Of a stretch of 64,000 bases of DNA, positions 62,206 through 64,000 are shown one piece after another; positions within the stretch are counted from its first letter, which is position 1; each line of letters starts with the position of its first letter. The position numbers and the translations under genes are program-made. The DNA is from Lama guanicoe (taxonomy: Eukaryota): contig MU054187.1 of assembly GCA_013239625.1 (NCBI GenBank), positions 9,507,231-9,571,230 on the forward strand. Direction: 5' to 3'. The notes beneath the pieces were generated by a model that worked only from the letters and a program-made list of their open reading frames with translations, was not told the origin of the DNA and made no database searches.

Positions 62206-64000
62206 GTGAGTAAAATTGCCCTTGACCGTTTCCTTAACGCGGCACGCAGGAGGGTAAAAACGATCACGTGCTGTTTTCCCCTCGGGTCTCTGAGGTCTGA
62301 TCATCTCTGTTTTGATGGTGTTTGCGGTTATTGTTTCTGAAAAGGAGGCACATGGATGGACATCAGTCACTGAGAAACAATCCATCAAGGGGGAACGAGA
62401 GAGTTAAATACTCCCCGTTTCACTTAATTCGATCCTGGGAACCTAATATGCCAAACAAAAGTGACAGCAAGCCATTGTTTTAGGAAACAGAGATGAAAAC
62501 AAAATTTCCAGGGCAGCTAGCTAGATTCTGTCATCTTCGCCAGTGAGCAGGTGGGCTCTGAAACGAGAAGCAGCGCAAAAGTATGCTTTCTAACTGTGCC
62601 GTGAAATGTGAGGAGACAGCCTGCTGGCAGTGGCCTAAAGTCCAATGGAGCAGTCAAATACTGCCCTGACCGAGGCTGGCCTCTGCCCAGACCCTAGGGC
62701 CACACTCCCAAACTTAACCTGCAACTGGCACTGCCAAAGAGTGTGACTTTGTAAAAGCTCTGATGCTCAGAGGTGAACAGGTGAATGGTGTCAAGTCCCG
62801 GGAAGGGCTCTGTTTGAGAGCACAGAGACCCAGGGGTCTGGATCCTGGAAAGTTCCCTCGCCTCCTGCAGAGCTCGGCCCTCTCTTCTGCCCCCTCAGTG
62901 CTCTCTCTGCTGCCCCTGTCTTGCTGGGAGAGCCCAGGACCTCAGCTTAGCCCCTGGTCTCACTATCAGGTTGAATGAAGAGGGCTGGATGCTCGCTGGT
63001 GCTGTGACCCCCTGTTCAAACAAGTCCTTTTCTCCCCGTGTCAGCCACTGACAGGGCTACTGCTGGGGGGAAGGGAGAGGCTCAGTCCAGCCACAAAGAG
63101 ACAGCCAGTGGAACATAAATTAAGCTTTAGACATCTATTGCCAGATAGAGGGACAGGAAAAGAGAACTGGGAGTCTGCCCACGTGCTGAAGTTGGGACTC
63201 TCTGGAGACTCTGGAATGTACCTGGAAAGTCAAGTTGGACCCTCTGACCCAGCAGTCCCACTTCTGGGTAAGCACCCTTCCACGTGGATGCTCACAAGGG
63301 CCCTGAGTCTCCAAGGGCAAACCTGAAAGCAACCTAAGTGTCCCTGAAGAGGGAACGGGGTAAAATGCGGTGTCATCATAGTCTAGAATACTCCACAGCA
63401 GTCAACAAGGATGAACTAATCTATGTGGATGGACACAGAGAGGTCCCAAAAGCATGATGTGGGGGGAAAAAAAGGGCAGGCTGAAAAAGTATACATATAT
63501 GATAATTATTACATCTGGAAATACAAAACAATACTATATATTGTTTATGGATACATACCTGGAGGAAAATATAAAATACATAGGCTAGAAAGACACAGAG
63601 AAAGTTACTGATGTTAGTAGCCCTGAAGAGGGAGGGAAGTAGAATTAGGGGATGTAGAAAGGGGACCAAAACTTGCCTTCTAATTTTTTATTTCCTTTAT
63701 ATGAAAAGGAAAAAAATTAAAAGCAAATATGAAGATGTTAGAATGTGAATTTTCTGTAATCTTTTTCCATTTAAAAAAATTAAAGAGAGAAAAACATCAA
63801 GGTGGAATGCCTTTTAAATTAAAAACTTATTATGAGGTTCAGGAGCAATGTTATACTTCACCTGGAGAAAATCATTCAAAACGGGGCCTTTGATTCCATT
63901 TGCTTAGCAGAGTAGTCAAGAGATCTATTGCCACTTCTGTGCTGTGTGACCTTGGGCAGGCACTTAACCTCTCTGGGCCTGAGTTGCCACTCTTGTAAAA

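Noticed and set aside
63081..63110. Sequence loosely resembling VXN exon 2 (CAGTCCAGCCACAAAGAGACAGCC)
   Set aside because: There is no polypyrimidine tract or acceptor and the match does not extend. Exon 2 probably lies beyond the window.
1..64000. CRISPR arrays, operons or other prokaryote-type systems
   Set aside because: The window is intron- and repeat-rich mammalian DNA, and no repeat-spacer arrays are present.

Overview
Mammalian genomic DNA, probably from a camelid, judged from a short tRNA-derived SINE family and the L1 3' ends. It carries the conserved gene order RRS1 - ADHFE1 - VXN, all on the + strand. RRS1 is intronless and intact (6030-7127, 365 aa). All 14 ADHFE1 exons can be placed, and exons 2-14 splice into one uninterrupted frame (stop at 42253-42255), with a GC-AG intron 4. 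Exon 1 keeps its splice donor and last codons but has no ATG and lacks the start of the mitochondrial targeting peptide, so the first in-frame ATG gives a 419-aa protein. ADHFE1 intron 13 contains a ~4.25-kb near-identical tandem duplication (30764-35017 / 35019-39266, with a 206-N gap in copy 2) that may be real or an assembly artefact. The first coding exon of VXN (vexin, C8orf46) is at 62139-62205 and is absent from the ORF track. The rest is mostly interspersed repeats (L1, L2, MIR, MaLR LTRs, Tigger and hAT MITEs). I found no convincing new biological system. The best leads are the ADHFE1 start-codon loss, a possible substitute promoter in intron 1, and the duplicated candidate enhancer. 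Comparisons with human proteins and repeat-family names are from memory and need alignment to confirm.
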